This document shows positions 40,184 to 52,715 of a stretch of 64,000 nucleotides of DNA, piece by piece. The notes beneath the pieces were generated by a model. That model was not told the origin of the DNA, did no database searches, and worked only from the letters and a program-made list of their open reading frames with translations. The translations under genes and the position numbers were made by a program. Positions within the stretch are counted from its first letter, which is position 1. Every line of letters starts with the position of its first letter. The DNA is from Phoronis australis (taxonomy: Eukaryota; Animalia; Phoronida), in the NCBI GenBank assembly GCA_002633005.1, contig NMRA01000115.1:308104-372103 (forward strand), in the 5' to 3' direction.

Positions 40184-40689
40184 AGGGCCTTTCATACTAC
40201 CGTCGACGCGTCGATGGTTTGGGGAGTTGCGGTCAGTATGAACGCTTAACTCCGGTCCTGGATCGCAGTTAAGAGCTCCAGTTAACATCGCAGTTAATAG
40301 GTGGATTTAAGACCGCAGCGTCGACGCTGCGGTGCAGTATGAACGCTTAACTCCGGTCCAATCAAAGTTATCGCCAGGTGCCACTGTTATCGTCAACAGT
40401 TACAGAGTAGTGCTGTCAATAATAACTACTTATTTTTTGGTTTAATGATAACCAATCGATTTAAAAATGAGTTTTATGTCATTTAGCACATTTAAATGTT
40501 CCAAATTGTCACAATGAAAAAAATCATAGCGTGCAGCGCTACCTTCCGATAACTTCTATGACGTCAGCGTCACCAACCCTTTACTTCGATGGTCATTAAC
40601 TACTGAAGCCAGTATGAACGGTCCAGTTAACTGCGCTGTTTACGTCGACGCTACGCTCAGACCGGAGTTAAGTCAATATGAAAGGGCCT
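40184..40689 (+). mobile_element. MITE family H1, copy C (506 bp)
   Basis: Same TIRs and body as copy A; flanks TAA / AAA (imperfect TSD). Confidence 0.9.
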
Positions 40690-43600
40690 AAAATGACTAA
40701 TCATGAAAATTGACAATTGTTGATGGCTTAGGCCTAAAATGTGCATTTATGTTCAACAATAGTGCAGCAGGTTTACTGAAAATAAAAAAAAATCTATTCA
40801 ATATCATTACATGCAAAACTTATTGACCACCAGTCTCAATAACCCCAATTCCATACAGAGCAAAAGTAAAAAAACTCAAGTTATCCATGTTTCTTAAAAA
40901 ACAGAAACTACCACCAGGCAGTTCGTAACTCAACGTTTTAAGTTACGAATCTACAGTTTCATAAATAATGATGAGGACTTAGTCATTTGCTTTGAAATGA
41001 TACTATTATTGAAACTACTACCTGAGATTTGGGTATGGATGAGCAAATGAAAAACCCAAGTGACTTCAGCTAAGTGCAAATACTATGGCAGATGGTGGAA
41101 ATGGATGGCTTATCAACCTCAGACCAGCAGTTTACTGCCATCAATTTTCCACCACTTTGAACAGTCAGTATTCTTATTCAAATATTTGAGCTGAGTATCC
41201 ATAAATTACCAGCCAAAATGAATTTACAGAATACATCAGGGCTCTAATAGGGGTTCCATATCTTGATAGTGTTGTTTACATCATAGCACAGAAAAGAGAA
41301 GGTAATTTCTTAAGTCCCATTTAGACATCAACTTTTGGCCAGGCACAACTGACACTGAGCAAATTGATGGGTGTCAAGCATACATTTACACACACAACTC
41401 ACTATCTGTGGCAAGACCCAAATTGTAGTCTAGAGAGTGGATCACACATGGGCTGGTTTACAAATGAGGGGAGTTGAAGAGACAGAGAACCTGTATTTAC
41501 GTCATTACGCAAGCGCAGTAGAGATGATCCTTTCTGCCTTGCCCTAGTTTCGCGTTAAGACATATAATTGACACGGAGTAAGATCATCGAGTTCTACCTC
41601 ATAAATGGGTGGAAAAAGTTGTCACCGTGGTGTCAATTTGCTCCGTGTCAGTCCCGTTTATGCTCATACTTGTGCTGGAACATCTCGTTCCATGTCAGCT
41701 GATCCGTGTCAACTTTTGTAGTGTAAACGGCACTTACGATGATGCTCTCCGCATTGCAGCCACGTAAAGTACTAGATGATCCAAAAAAGATAAATCTTAC
41801 CCCAACTTTTTATATTTAAATAACCATTTCTGAAGAAATCAGTACCAAACTTTACATAACAAAACTACATTGAGTGGATGACATTTCGTGTAATTTATTG
41901 CATGTATGTACTCCCTGGTATTACCATCATCACATTTGTGTACGGCGAAACAACTCTAAAAATGGACAAAAATGAAATGTGTTATTCAAGAACAAAAAAA
42001 TGGAGGACAAAACAACAATAATACTTAGAGAGCATTGATAACAGCACAGTATTTATGTGATATTTTTCTTTCCTAACTCAAGAATGTATCAGCTGCAAAC
42101 ACACTCGCAAACAGCGAGCAAAGTTGTTCATCCATATACAACAAAATGTGACCAACAATTCAACGACTATCTAGTGTTTATTGTTTGTATCTGTTTGTTT
42201 CATTCAAAATCAACGATTTCTTCGGCCATTGTTTTTGATCACCAGCCAACCTGTTTTAAGTCCGTCCTACCAGTTTTTGGGTATGGCCATCTGGTTTTGA
42301 GGTACCGGCCAACCCGTATTGGGGTTCAACCACCAAGTTACAATACAGGCCATTTGGTTTTGCAGTCCAGCTAACTGGTTTTGAAGTCCCAACAAGTGGT
42401 TTTGAAGTTCGACCAATTGTTGATTCCCCCTTGATACGGCTGCTCATGAGGTGTACTTTGAATGTCTTTGTTACATACATACGGAATAGGAAACGTGACT
42501 TTCAAAAAATAATGCACAACCTACAACTGCAAGTGTGCTTGTCCACCATGGCAGTGGAAACTTTAAATCAAATTTTAAATGGACAATACAATGACGAGAA
42601 ATCAACATACGGTATTTCGTAACTGGGCAAAATGTTGCCACTCATAGTTGTTCTAATTTGAAAAGCTTGGTAGTGAATTTGTTAAGAAATAATTATTTAA
42701 CACTGCTAGTTTTCTGTGGCTCATCAACAGCGGTGGCTCATTTCACAATTGTCTTTTGTTTCAATAATTTGCTTGATCATAACAGCAATGTTCAACAGTT
42801 GTAAGGTTACGCATGAAGACGTGACACGATTGTTAATAACAACAGTGTAAATCCATGCAATGCGACCAAGAAACTTAATATGGCAGTGTTCAAGATTGCT
42901 CATGATTTGTGTTCACAAAAATTGTTCACATTGTTTGTTTAGACAGGCCTCATTAAGTGGTGAAATTTTTTTGTTTTTGTTTTATCTTGTTTGTACCAAT
43001 GGAACAGGTCACATATTTCGACACAAAGTTCATCTACAACATGTACCTCATTAACAGCTTGAGGCCTTTTGTTTTGAGGTGAAATCGAACAAAGTGTGGT
43101 GCTGTGACGTCATTTTTCAAACTTTCACTTAGGGGAACCCCAGCTCTGCACACTTTGATATGTAGGTAGATCTCCTCAAGAGCTATAAGAATTGTGTCAC
43201 CTGTTTCAGGCCACTACCTACCACTCTCGAGTTATTCAAATTTTTCCCAAACCCGTTCTTTTATTGATGGACTTCTCATACCATAGCCTTGGCGTTCTTT
43301 GACGAATGCGTCTAAAATTTTTCGTGCGAAAAATGTTTGTCATGTGCCACAAAAAGTTTACAGACAGTTTTTGACTCCAACTTATTGTTCTTGAGTTCTT
43401 GAGATTTATTAATGAAGGATATATGACACTCGGAACGTTACTTAGGCTCCATAACAATAATATGCCTCAAGGTTCAAGAACGTCATCAACCTCACCTCAA
43501 AGTCTTTCATTCGATTTTGCCGAGTGTCGCTCCTTGGAGCACTTTCTTTTTCAATAATTTAGTTTACTATGGCTTCTGAACTACACAAATGAGAAATGGA

Positions 43601-43694
43601 ACAGGGGTGCCCCCTCATCCTTGGGAGTAAACTGCAATGTTAATTGATATGACAACATTAATTTTTTTCATCCAAAATGCATTATTACCTCACA

Positions 43695-43932
43695 GAAATG
43701 TTTGACATACTTGAAACTGCTGATGCATTCCTCTGTGACCAACAGGTGGTGCTGTATGCAATGCATTGTTGTAAAACGGGGTTGAGTTTGCAAGTGCCCT
43801 TAACAAGCCACTTCTAGGTTAATCTAGATAGAACAGTGACGAGGACGCTTACAAACTCAGCCCAGTTTACAACAACACACTGTGTGCAGCGCCACCTCTT
43901 TGGTACCGAGAGTCACATACTAAACATTTCTG
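43695..43932. repeat. Imperfect inverted repeat, arms ~60-100 bp
   Basis: AGGTGGTGCTG...TTGTTGTAAAACGGGGTTGAGTTTGCAAGTGCCCT pairs with AGGACGCTTACAAACTCAGCCCAGTTTACAACAA...CAGCGCCACCT. Confidence 0.75.
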
Positions 43933-44003
43933 AGTTAATTAAGCATGTTTGAATGGAAAAAGGAATGTCGGAATATCAGTTATACTTTCCAAAGGTGTTA
44001 CAA

Positions 44004-44120
44004 AGCAGTGTGGCGTAGTGGGCTGAGTGGCCGCCTCCTATTCTTAAGATCATGGGTTCAAATCTGGACCCCAATCCTAGACCCTGGAGTCAGGTCTCTT
44101 CTACTCAGCTCGGTCTTAAT
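44004..44120 (+). mobile_element. tRNA-derived SINE fragment
   Basis: GTGGCGTAGTGG A box, GGGTTCAAATC B box, core CAGCTCGGTCTTA. Confidence 0.65.
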
Positions 44121-47100
44121 TTGTATGTTTTATGAATACGATGTTAATGAACAGTAGCAGGTATTTCATGCAACGAATCCATCTTGTCGTTCTTTTGTCA
44201 CCATTGTGCATGCCCAAACATATTCACTACCTTATCGTATCAACAACAGGTAGTATTTTTGTTTCCTGTATAAAAAGCCAATCCACAAACTGGCTCGGAA
44301 CACATGTTTCGTGAGTTTTGCATACGTAACTAATGAAAGCTAGCCTAGATGGTGTTCAATTGTAATGAAATCAAATCCTCTCCACTAAGGTCTTGTGTGC
44401 TGTACAACATTAATTTTGGCGAAGACGCAACCATCGGGGTTAACACCCATCTGTGGAATATTCAAATTTAAATTCTTGGTTTGATGCACACCTCCAATTT
44501 TCTGAGTTCCCAAATTTAAGCATCATGGGTGTTAACCTCAGAGGAGTATGACAAAACCACAACAAGAACAAATACAGTGGACTAAATATTGCATTTTACA
44601 CAAAGAGTAAATGAGCTGCAGACATCTGACTGCAGGCACCTGTATTACTTTTAGATTAAACCATAAATCAAACAGGTTCCTTTTATCCTACAGATAGATT
44701 AGAAAATTAAAAACTGTACCTTCTAGTTCCCTAACTGATTTGAATAAACCCACATGGTGTAATTATGAAAACAAATGGGATTGCCTTCATGAACTGGCCA
44801 CTACAGCACTAATACAATGTCATACAAAGAAATGACTATTAACAGTACATTCAGCCTGCTGCATTACCCATGGTTCCTGCCAGCAGATTAGGAAGGCTTC
44901 AGGTTATAGCCACAGTAGAGACAATGGACCCACAGAACCAGGATGGGGGTAGGAAAGGTGGCTAAGGTTCTTTTCCCATACAGTTAACTTCGCTCCAATG
45001 GAAGCTTCCATGTTGTACTGTGGTTAACTCCAAAGTCAAGCCTGAGTGCTCACATCAACTTTGGAGTTATAGTTCAGCAAAGTTATCACAAGGCCATGCT
45101 AATATGACCTTGGACTGTTAACATTCGTTGGTATGCATCACTGTTTTTGTCCTAGCCATCAGAAATGGCAAGGACCTCCCCCACTCACCACACAGACACA
45201 AGAACAGGACGTCAACTTCAGAAGGCAACCAAGGGCTGCCATGTTAAGATAAATAACATGTGGCTTGGAGCCGATCTGTGCAAAGGCAATATGACATTTG
45301 CCAGGAACTTGTTTTGTGTACACTTGTTTTGTGTTGTCATTGTTTATTCTTTTTAAGGAAGAATCCCACAAACACATGGACAAATTGAAACAGAATGCTT
45401 ATACTGCAAAAATAACAAATATTAGAACAAAATATTCAACAAATATTAACCAGTTACCACCTGCTGTAGGCGAACGCCTTCTGATAACTGCGATGACATC
45501 AAAGTAAAGTGTTCTTATTATACTGCAGTGTCGATGCTTTGCTGTTAAATCCACCTCTTAATTAGCGCTGCTAACTTCGATATAAGACCGAAGTAAAGTG
45601 TTCCCACTGACCAAAGCTTCTTTAATACCAAAGCTTTGGAGGCAGTGGGAAAGGCCTTTCAGAAGAGAGAAGGACTGGTAGTGAACCAACAGGCAGTCAT
45701 AGCAGAAATTGTTGAATAATACCAGCACAACCAATGTGGCTACCACTATTAGGGCATCGCTGATCACTAATCAGCTCCCAAAAGACCGTTAGACTTCATT
45801 ATGAAAATAGACATGTCATTTTCATGTCGAAAGCTCACCGAAATTTCACTGCAGGAACTGTCCGCCTGATGATACAAAGTGAAACTCATATATTCTCGTT
45901 TTGTAACTAGCTAACTTCATGGTATCAAAAACAAACAAGAAAGAAGGGTCCATAAGATTCTGCCATAGTAAAGTCAATTATCACCACATAGACTTTTCTA
46001 GAAGTTACCCCTTTTTAAAGCGGTTATGAACCCGTGTGCCGTCAAAGAATCCAAATTTTGTTTGAGACTACATACTGCTGTAAAATTAGGTCTCCTTCAG
46101 TAATCAGGAGAGAATGATTTCTGAGTTTCTAAACAAATGACAGATCCTCACTATTCTTAGCCATCATGCTCCCCACATAAGCTGACATACCATGACCAGC
46201 CAACTTTAAGAGTCTGGTCTCAACACTAAGGAACTGAAATCATCTCTAAAATGACTAAGGAACAAATTGCAACCCATTTCATAACGCTTTAAGTGGTCTA
46301 GATCGAAAATTCGTTTTCGAAACCAAAAGTGGGTTTATTGCCACTTTACATTAAAAAACAACTAAAATTACTTTGTGGTGTTATCGGAAACTCATTCCAT
46401 GAATTGTTTTGGAACATTTTCTAAATATTACAGGAGTTAAAGCAACTCTATGGACTTAAAAGATGTATTTGCATGGTTCTAGCTATGCCAATGTATAGCA
46501 GGAACTGAACGATTATGCTATTTTAACATAATCTACGATAAACAAAGTGCAGCTGTATTCATTGACAACTGGCAAATGTGAAAATCCAAAATTCTGCAAA
46601 TAGGTGACCTTTGCACTAATGACGTACGTCACGGGTTCACAAAGCCCGTATCATGCAGTGTTATTCCCCAGCACCACGTCATGATACTTACTGAAAACAG
46701 TTCACGATTTACAGCGGATCATCTTTGCCACAAAACTCCTTCGTAAATTTAAAAACATTTGGTTTCAAAAAACAAGGTCTTCAGATTTTCAGAGCTCATG
46801 AAAATGGGGGACACAGCGTTCGTCGGATCCGTCTGAAATTTGTCGTTGTCCGTTGTCAACTTCATATAAATACACATGCTAAATTTAACAAAGATCCTGC
46901 AAAGAGCTTAGAAGATAGAGCCATGGGCACAAAAAATACCACAGTGCTACCAGTAGTCAAAGTAGTCGGAAAATCATTGTTAGCCATCCTCTTCATAGTA
47001 TGAGCATATATTTCACTTTTCACACTCATTCTTAGAGTGTTTTGGTTGATAGAGGGGCGGATGCTAAAAAAACAAACTCGAAAAATAGTAAATAAGAACA

Positions 47101-47317
47101 GTAGGTGGCAGAAAATATCTCTAATCCATAAGAAAATGATAGCATAGCGTCATCTCACTCATAGATGCCTATCTGCCACATTTTATGAAAATCAGTTCAG
47201 GACCTTTGAGATACAACCTGATAAACAAGAAAAACTAAAATTGCCACTAGGGGACACACCTGTAGTCGAATCTATCCCTAAGTTCGCTCATACTGTCCAA
47301 TCCATGAAAGGAACATA

Positions 47318-48673
47318 CCGTAATCGTTCGGGTTAACGCCCATGCTCAGTTAACCGCCCACCCCTACTTTAGGTGGATTTTCGATTTAACCGCCCACTGC
47401 TCGGTTAACCGCCCCCCTGCTATTTTTGAAGATTTCCAATTAAGCGCCCACCTCTCGGTTAAGCGCCCATCCCCTACTTTTGACGATTGGTGATTACCGC
47501 CCTGTGCTAATAGGAAACGCGAATCCCCGACCTTTTAGATTAAGATCGATGATAACATTGAGTGCAACGACGGCCTCAGAGACCGCGGTTTAGCAATGTG
47601 AATTATGATACCAGTAACAAATTATTGTAACGGGTCATCGATTAACTTCAAAATGTAATACTTGAACACTTTGTCACTTTCTTTTCTTCTCATGTTCGCA
47701 AACTTTAGGAACCGCGCTGGCGTCTACACCTCCACTTTCAGCCACAATCTCTGCCGCACTGAGTTATCGACTACAGTGCACTATATAAAAGATGCATTCG
47801 AAATAACCAGGTCAGAGAAATGTGACATTGGTTTTGCCAACCCTCTCAATGCGCTTTAGGTTGTAAGCTCTCGGGATTTTGAAGAATTCCCATAAACCGC
47901 GAAAAGTTGATAAATTCTTTATATTTTGGTGAGTGTAATTGCCGGGTTATCGAGATCCCCGTCTTTCGAGTACTCTCGTCACAGTGCATGGCAACTGAAT
48001 AGTTGAACCCGATTTCGTGATTGATTATACATTTTTATGCTTTTTGACCATTCAGACCAGGAGTACATTCTGTTATCTCGAAATAATTTTGAACTGAAAT
48101 TCGGAACTGCTGGTAGTCCTTGTCTACGTGACCGTCAGTTAAGTTGTTTATTATGGGAGTGCACTGATCAAACAGGAAAAATGGGTCAGCACGTGACCAC
48201 AACTGGGTTAAAACGACAGCACAGCTACCGTCTGCTACGCAGGTGAACATGTTCAACGTCTGCGAAGTATAGTGAAATAATGAGCATAATTCGCAATAAT
48301 CGGTCTCACCTGAGGCGCCATATTATGCAGCAAACTTTCTATGCAAGCGTTCGGAGTTTGACCACACTCTACATTTTCGAAACTATTTGTTAATTAGAGT
48401 GCGCAGAGTACGCACTTGGTGGCGATAAAGTTCTTTTCAAAGTGTTAGGCGATCCCAGTACGTGGCTTAGTACGTGTGGTGACTCAGATCGTAAGGTAAG
48501 ATTAACCGCCCAGGGCGGTTGCCTGTCGTAATAAGCGCCCATGTTCAGTTAACCGCCCCCCCCCCGATTTCTTGAAATTTCACGTTTAAGCGCCCATGTC
48601 TGGTTAACCGCCCACCCCGATTTTTTGGGTTCGCCAATTTAACCGCCCAGGGCGTTAACCCGAACGATTACGG
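47318..48673. mobile_element. Tc1/mariner-superfamily (CCGTA-TIR) non-autonomous element, 1356 bp
   Basis: Perfect 24-bp TIR CCGTAATCGTTCGGGTTAACGCCC, TA TSD, about a dozen TAACCGCCC/TAAGCGCCC motifs near both ends; no transposase ORF. Confidence 0.88.
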
Positions 48674-50811
48674 TATGTGCAAAACTTCATGATCATACAT
48701 CAAAAGGTTCAGGAGATAGAGTAGCAGACCTCGGACAGACAGACAGGAATGAGGGAATAATGTGCCAACATTATAAATATGGGGGCTAATAAAGAAGAAA
48801 GTGCACCCAAGATGAGGAAAACTGATACAGGATTTTTTTATTTTTTAACTCATCACTTGGCAAATCATGTTTTGAGCCTTGATTTTGTCCTTGTTTATGG
48901 TGCTTTTGTGCAGCTTTTCAAAACAAACAAACCTTGGTTGAAATTGATACAAGTGGACACTTTTTTTTAGTCAGTGAGTGCAGGTGAGAAAATGAGTCGG
49001 GATACAGACCAGAACCAACTTTGCTTATTTTTTGGCCTTGTGACAACTAAATCGGATTTTAATTTATTCATAGCTTTTTTACATAACACAGTTTGTCCAA
49101 CATAGTTTCGAGACATAGTTCACCATGTTGCCATCAGTAAGCTTTGGAATTTACCCAGTTATCTACTGAATGACAGATAGCTGCTCTATTGTTTATTACA
49201 CTTGATTTTACTCATCAATTTTCACTGTCTTCCAATATATCAAAAATAATTAAGTTCAAATACTAAAGCAGATGCTTAGATTCAAGTGCTGTGACATAGC
49301 TTATAAAGATAATCACCATACACTAGATGTCAAGACTGGCCGCTTGCAATTCAAATCTAGTTCAATCCAACCTTTGTTTTGAGTGCAAACACAATGTATA
49401 ATTTATCATCTGCACAACATGTTTAAATCAACTCCTTTCCTAAACAGATTATGAATTTCCGTATTGATCAACCAAATCTGCACACACAAGATAACACATA
49501 GTTTTCAAAACAAAGTAGACCGACTTCGACGGAACTCGCTCAACCAGACTCTTGACAAACTTGAACAAACTTGGTGCCAAAATAAATTGGCAGTTTAGTC
49601 CAATTTTTGTCGCCATAACATATGTATCATTTTTGTCGAACTTCAGAAGTAAATGCGACGTCATCACAGCTACTAGATAGTGGTTGCTCAGATATTGCAA
49701 TACCAAAAAAAAAACAGGAGTAGCATTTGCGGCAACAACTAAAGAGTTGTAGTCAGATCTGAAAGGAGTTCTAGTCAGAAGAAATGGATAGTTAGTTGCA
49801 ATTCTGTGCATCCCAAAAGTCTGAAAGTGTCCAGTTAATTCTGAAAAATACTGTAATTATCATACACGAAATGCCTCACAATATGGCGTCTCGAGTAGAA
49901 CAGCCACACTTGAATCTCACGCTGTTTACCACAATGCTGCAATATCAGCCATGCACTTTTATATCTTGATTTCGCACTCTTTATAAGCACCCCAGGAAGT
50001 TGAGAACGAGTAAGATTGATCGGGTTCATAATAATTTTCCAAACAATAAGTTACATTTATGAAAAAACTTCCCAATTATTACTTCCATTCTTACTTTCGA
50101 CTTTATTGAACTGGGATCAAAACAATATACTACTATTATAAACACAAGGTTAGCACTCCTTATTTAAAGCCTGGAAATTACAACAATGATAATGTCTTGA
50201 GGAAAGAAATATCTTCAAACACAATCAAAGTTACAGAACTATAGTCCAGAATAATGTTGGTAAAAAATGCAGTCTGTGAACAAAAAGGAAGAAATACTGC
50301 TCATCCAGCATAAGTTAAGATAAACAAATGTACACAATCTACATGACAACTTTAGTAGAAACAAAGGTAGATTAATATGATGAGTGAATATGCAGGCTTA
50401 TACATACATGATTGATCAAACCCTCTTTTAATTTGCATGGAATCCATACAAACACATAGAGGTGTAGTATGGATTTTTGCTTGTGGTTATCGTGTATCTT
50501 AGTTTATTCAACCAGGTCACGAATACGTACGGACAAACGAATCCATTTTCCTGGTTTATCTACGGGTTTGGCTGAAAGAAAAAAATCCGCAGGGAATCGA
50601 GTAAAGTTCGATCTACCCATTCATATTTGTATGGCAAACAAAACGAAAAGAATTTCCGCTGAACGACAACATTCACAATCGAGTGCGCCCATAAGCACCC
50701 ATAAATCGACTACGTGCTTAGACAAGGCCAAGGGCAAGGGGTGGGTCGGAAAGATAAATGTCGTACTAACTACTGTATCGATTACGGGAAAGACAGGGAA
50801 AGAAAACTTAC

Positions 50812-51238
50812 CTATTTGAAGAACGTTTGAAACAGCACCATTTTGTAGAAGACGAATTCCTTCGTGGAAAGGTAATTTTTGTTTTTCATTACCCTCCTTT
50901 GTATTGTTTGTGAACGAAGAGTACATACAAATGTCCTTTTCATTTCTCGGGAACGACCAAAACACAATTCGACTTTGGACGGGTTCAGGAATGCGGTCGA
51001 AACGCTGTTCTATCTCTTGAAATGGCACGTTTTCGGCGACTGTTTTCGCACATATATCTAAAAGAGTCTCTGGTGTATGATTTTCTGAACTGTTTCCATC
51101 TTTTCGTCGACATTTTACGGGTAAATTCGATAGAAAATCCCGAGTCTCAGAACAACGAGACCTCTTTCCACTCGCCATCGAGAACATATGATTGCAGGAT
51201 GTATACACACGCATGCGTCGATATGGTTCATCTAACAT
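50812..51238 (-). CDS. ZSWIM5/6-like: ZSWIM4/5/6-family gene, coding exon 1 (BC-box/Cul2-box region)
   Basis: Translates MLDEPY...TPETLLDICAKTVAENVPFQEIEQRFDRIPEPVQSRIVFWSFPRNEKDICMYSS...LPFHEGIRLLQNGAVSNVLQI, matching the conserved ZSWIM5/6 N-terminus. Ends at a strong donor ATAG|GTAAGT (50812/50811, phase 1). An in-frame stop lies upstream at 51272-51274. The start could instead be the ATG at 51178 (MASGKRSRC). Confidence 0.95.
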
Positions 51239-51720
51239 GTGCGCATGCTTACTGCCAAAAGTATACGTTATTCATGGTTTGGGTGCAGGGGATTCCCTTT
51301 GGGAAATCCCTAGAGTTCAATAGAAGGTCAATAAAGCCCGTGGCGGTGTATAAAACAAGTTCGGCACTGTGAATATCAAGTGTAATCAGAATCGCCTAAG
51401 CGGCTTTGGCAAACGATATTGAAAATCATTTCAAGAGTTTCAATGGAAATAAATGCTACAAACGAAGCGAATCATAAATCGTCAACAAATCGTTATGTTG
51501 AAACAGTAAATAACGTACTTCACGTTAATCTTGTTCGATAAAGTCGCCATTGTGTTTTTGTGTTAGGGAATTGATGCGTTGGTTTTGAACCGGCAACAAG
51601 AGAAACCACACAGCGGTTTTTATTAGTTAAATGTTCGAAACAGCTGTGTTCAAATAAGAATAATTTGACAAAATGGAAGTTTTAGCCGCACGACACCTGG
51701 TTGATGATTATATTCTCGCT
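51239..51720 (-). promoter_or_regulatory. Probable 5' UTR/promoter region of the ZSWIM gene
   Basis: Immediately upstream of the first ATG; CpG-richer than the intron; partial YY1-like ACAATGGCGAC on the minus strand near 51543-51553. The TSS cannot be determined. Confidence 0.4.
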
Positions 51721-52715
51721 GTTGTTGTTGCAGGGTTGGTGATACAATTAATAATACTATTAATGAAATAGGACTTGAAGATTGCGCATCTCCGTATTAT
51801 TAATTCTTTATTGAAAGCCCCATCCACGCAGTATGAAATCTGGTTTTACGCATGGGTGGTAAATTCTATGTCTCCGTACACTTCAATCAGAATTGCAAGG
51901 TGACGAAAAACTTGACAATAAGTATATTCAAGGGCAAATTTATTTCTCAAAGGATAACTTTTAAGACACCAGTCAAAATTTAGTGTCAGAGTGCCATATG
52001 ATTGCTAGAAGCCCTCACGATATGCATGTTAAATCAAGCGATTACCTACTCCAGCAGTACAATTCACGCCTTTTTGGTTTTCTCGATACACAACGACCAA
52101 TTTACAATGGGCCCACTTTTTCTGTCTCATTTTGCCTACCCGTCTTCGTGATCGCAGATGCTGAAAATATGCCTAATCAAAGAACAAACTATGAATGATT
52201 TGCAATGTTTACGCTGTTCTATTTGATCACTGTGTGTTCTTCCTTGCGTAGTTCCGTTGCGTGTTACCCTAGTTTTACACATACTGCCACGTGAGCTGCT
52301 GCCTGGGCGAATCAGAACGCAAATGGTATTACAATTGCTTGCAAAATACTTTGACGTTTTGCGGCACTGGTGCCTATTAATATATTTAGCTCATAAAGCA
52401 GTTCACCCAATAAAACGCCTTTTCACTCAGGCGCAAGCAGATGCCCATGAATACTGGTGGTTATTGACTACCGCAAGGAGACAACACCAACAAATTCCGA
52501 AAAGAAATGAATTTTGATTGTAAGAAAGGCCAACAGACGGCGATTTTGTCGTATCTGAAAGAGAACAGTTTCAATACAAGTGTGCTCCCTGCTTTTCCAA
52601 AATTATGAGTAGCATACATTTCGACTTCAGTACTTGCCCTACTAAATTTTCCGGGTATCTGCGAAACTTCAGTAGGCTACCTGGACGCAATCTTTGAAGC
52701 TTTTCGCCATAAATG

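Larger units (their letters stand above)
11803..50811 (-). other. Intron 1 of the ZSWIM gene, 39,009 bp (includes an N gap, so the length is approximate)
   Basis: GT...AG ends join LQI|GFHLSG in frame; no intervening exon is needed to match the family sequence. Confidence 0.9.

Noticed and set aside
50621-50811. C-terminal extension of the 205-aa ORF (GKFSFPVF...)
   Set aside because: Read-through into intron 1 past a consensus GTAAGT donor; family similarity resumes at exon 2.
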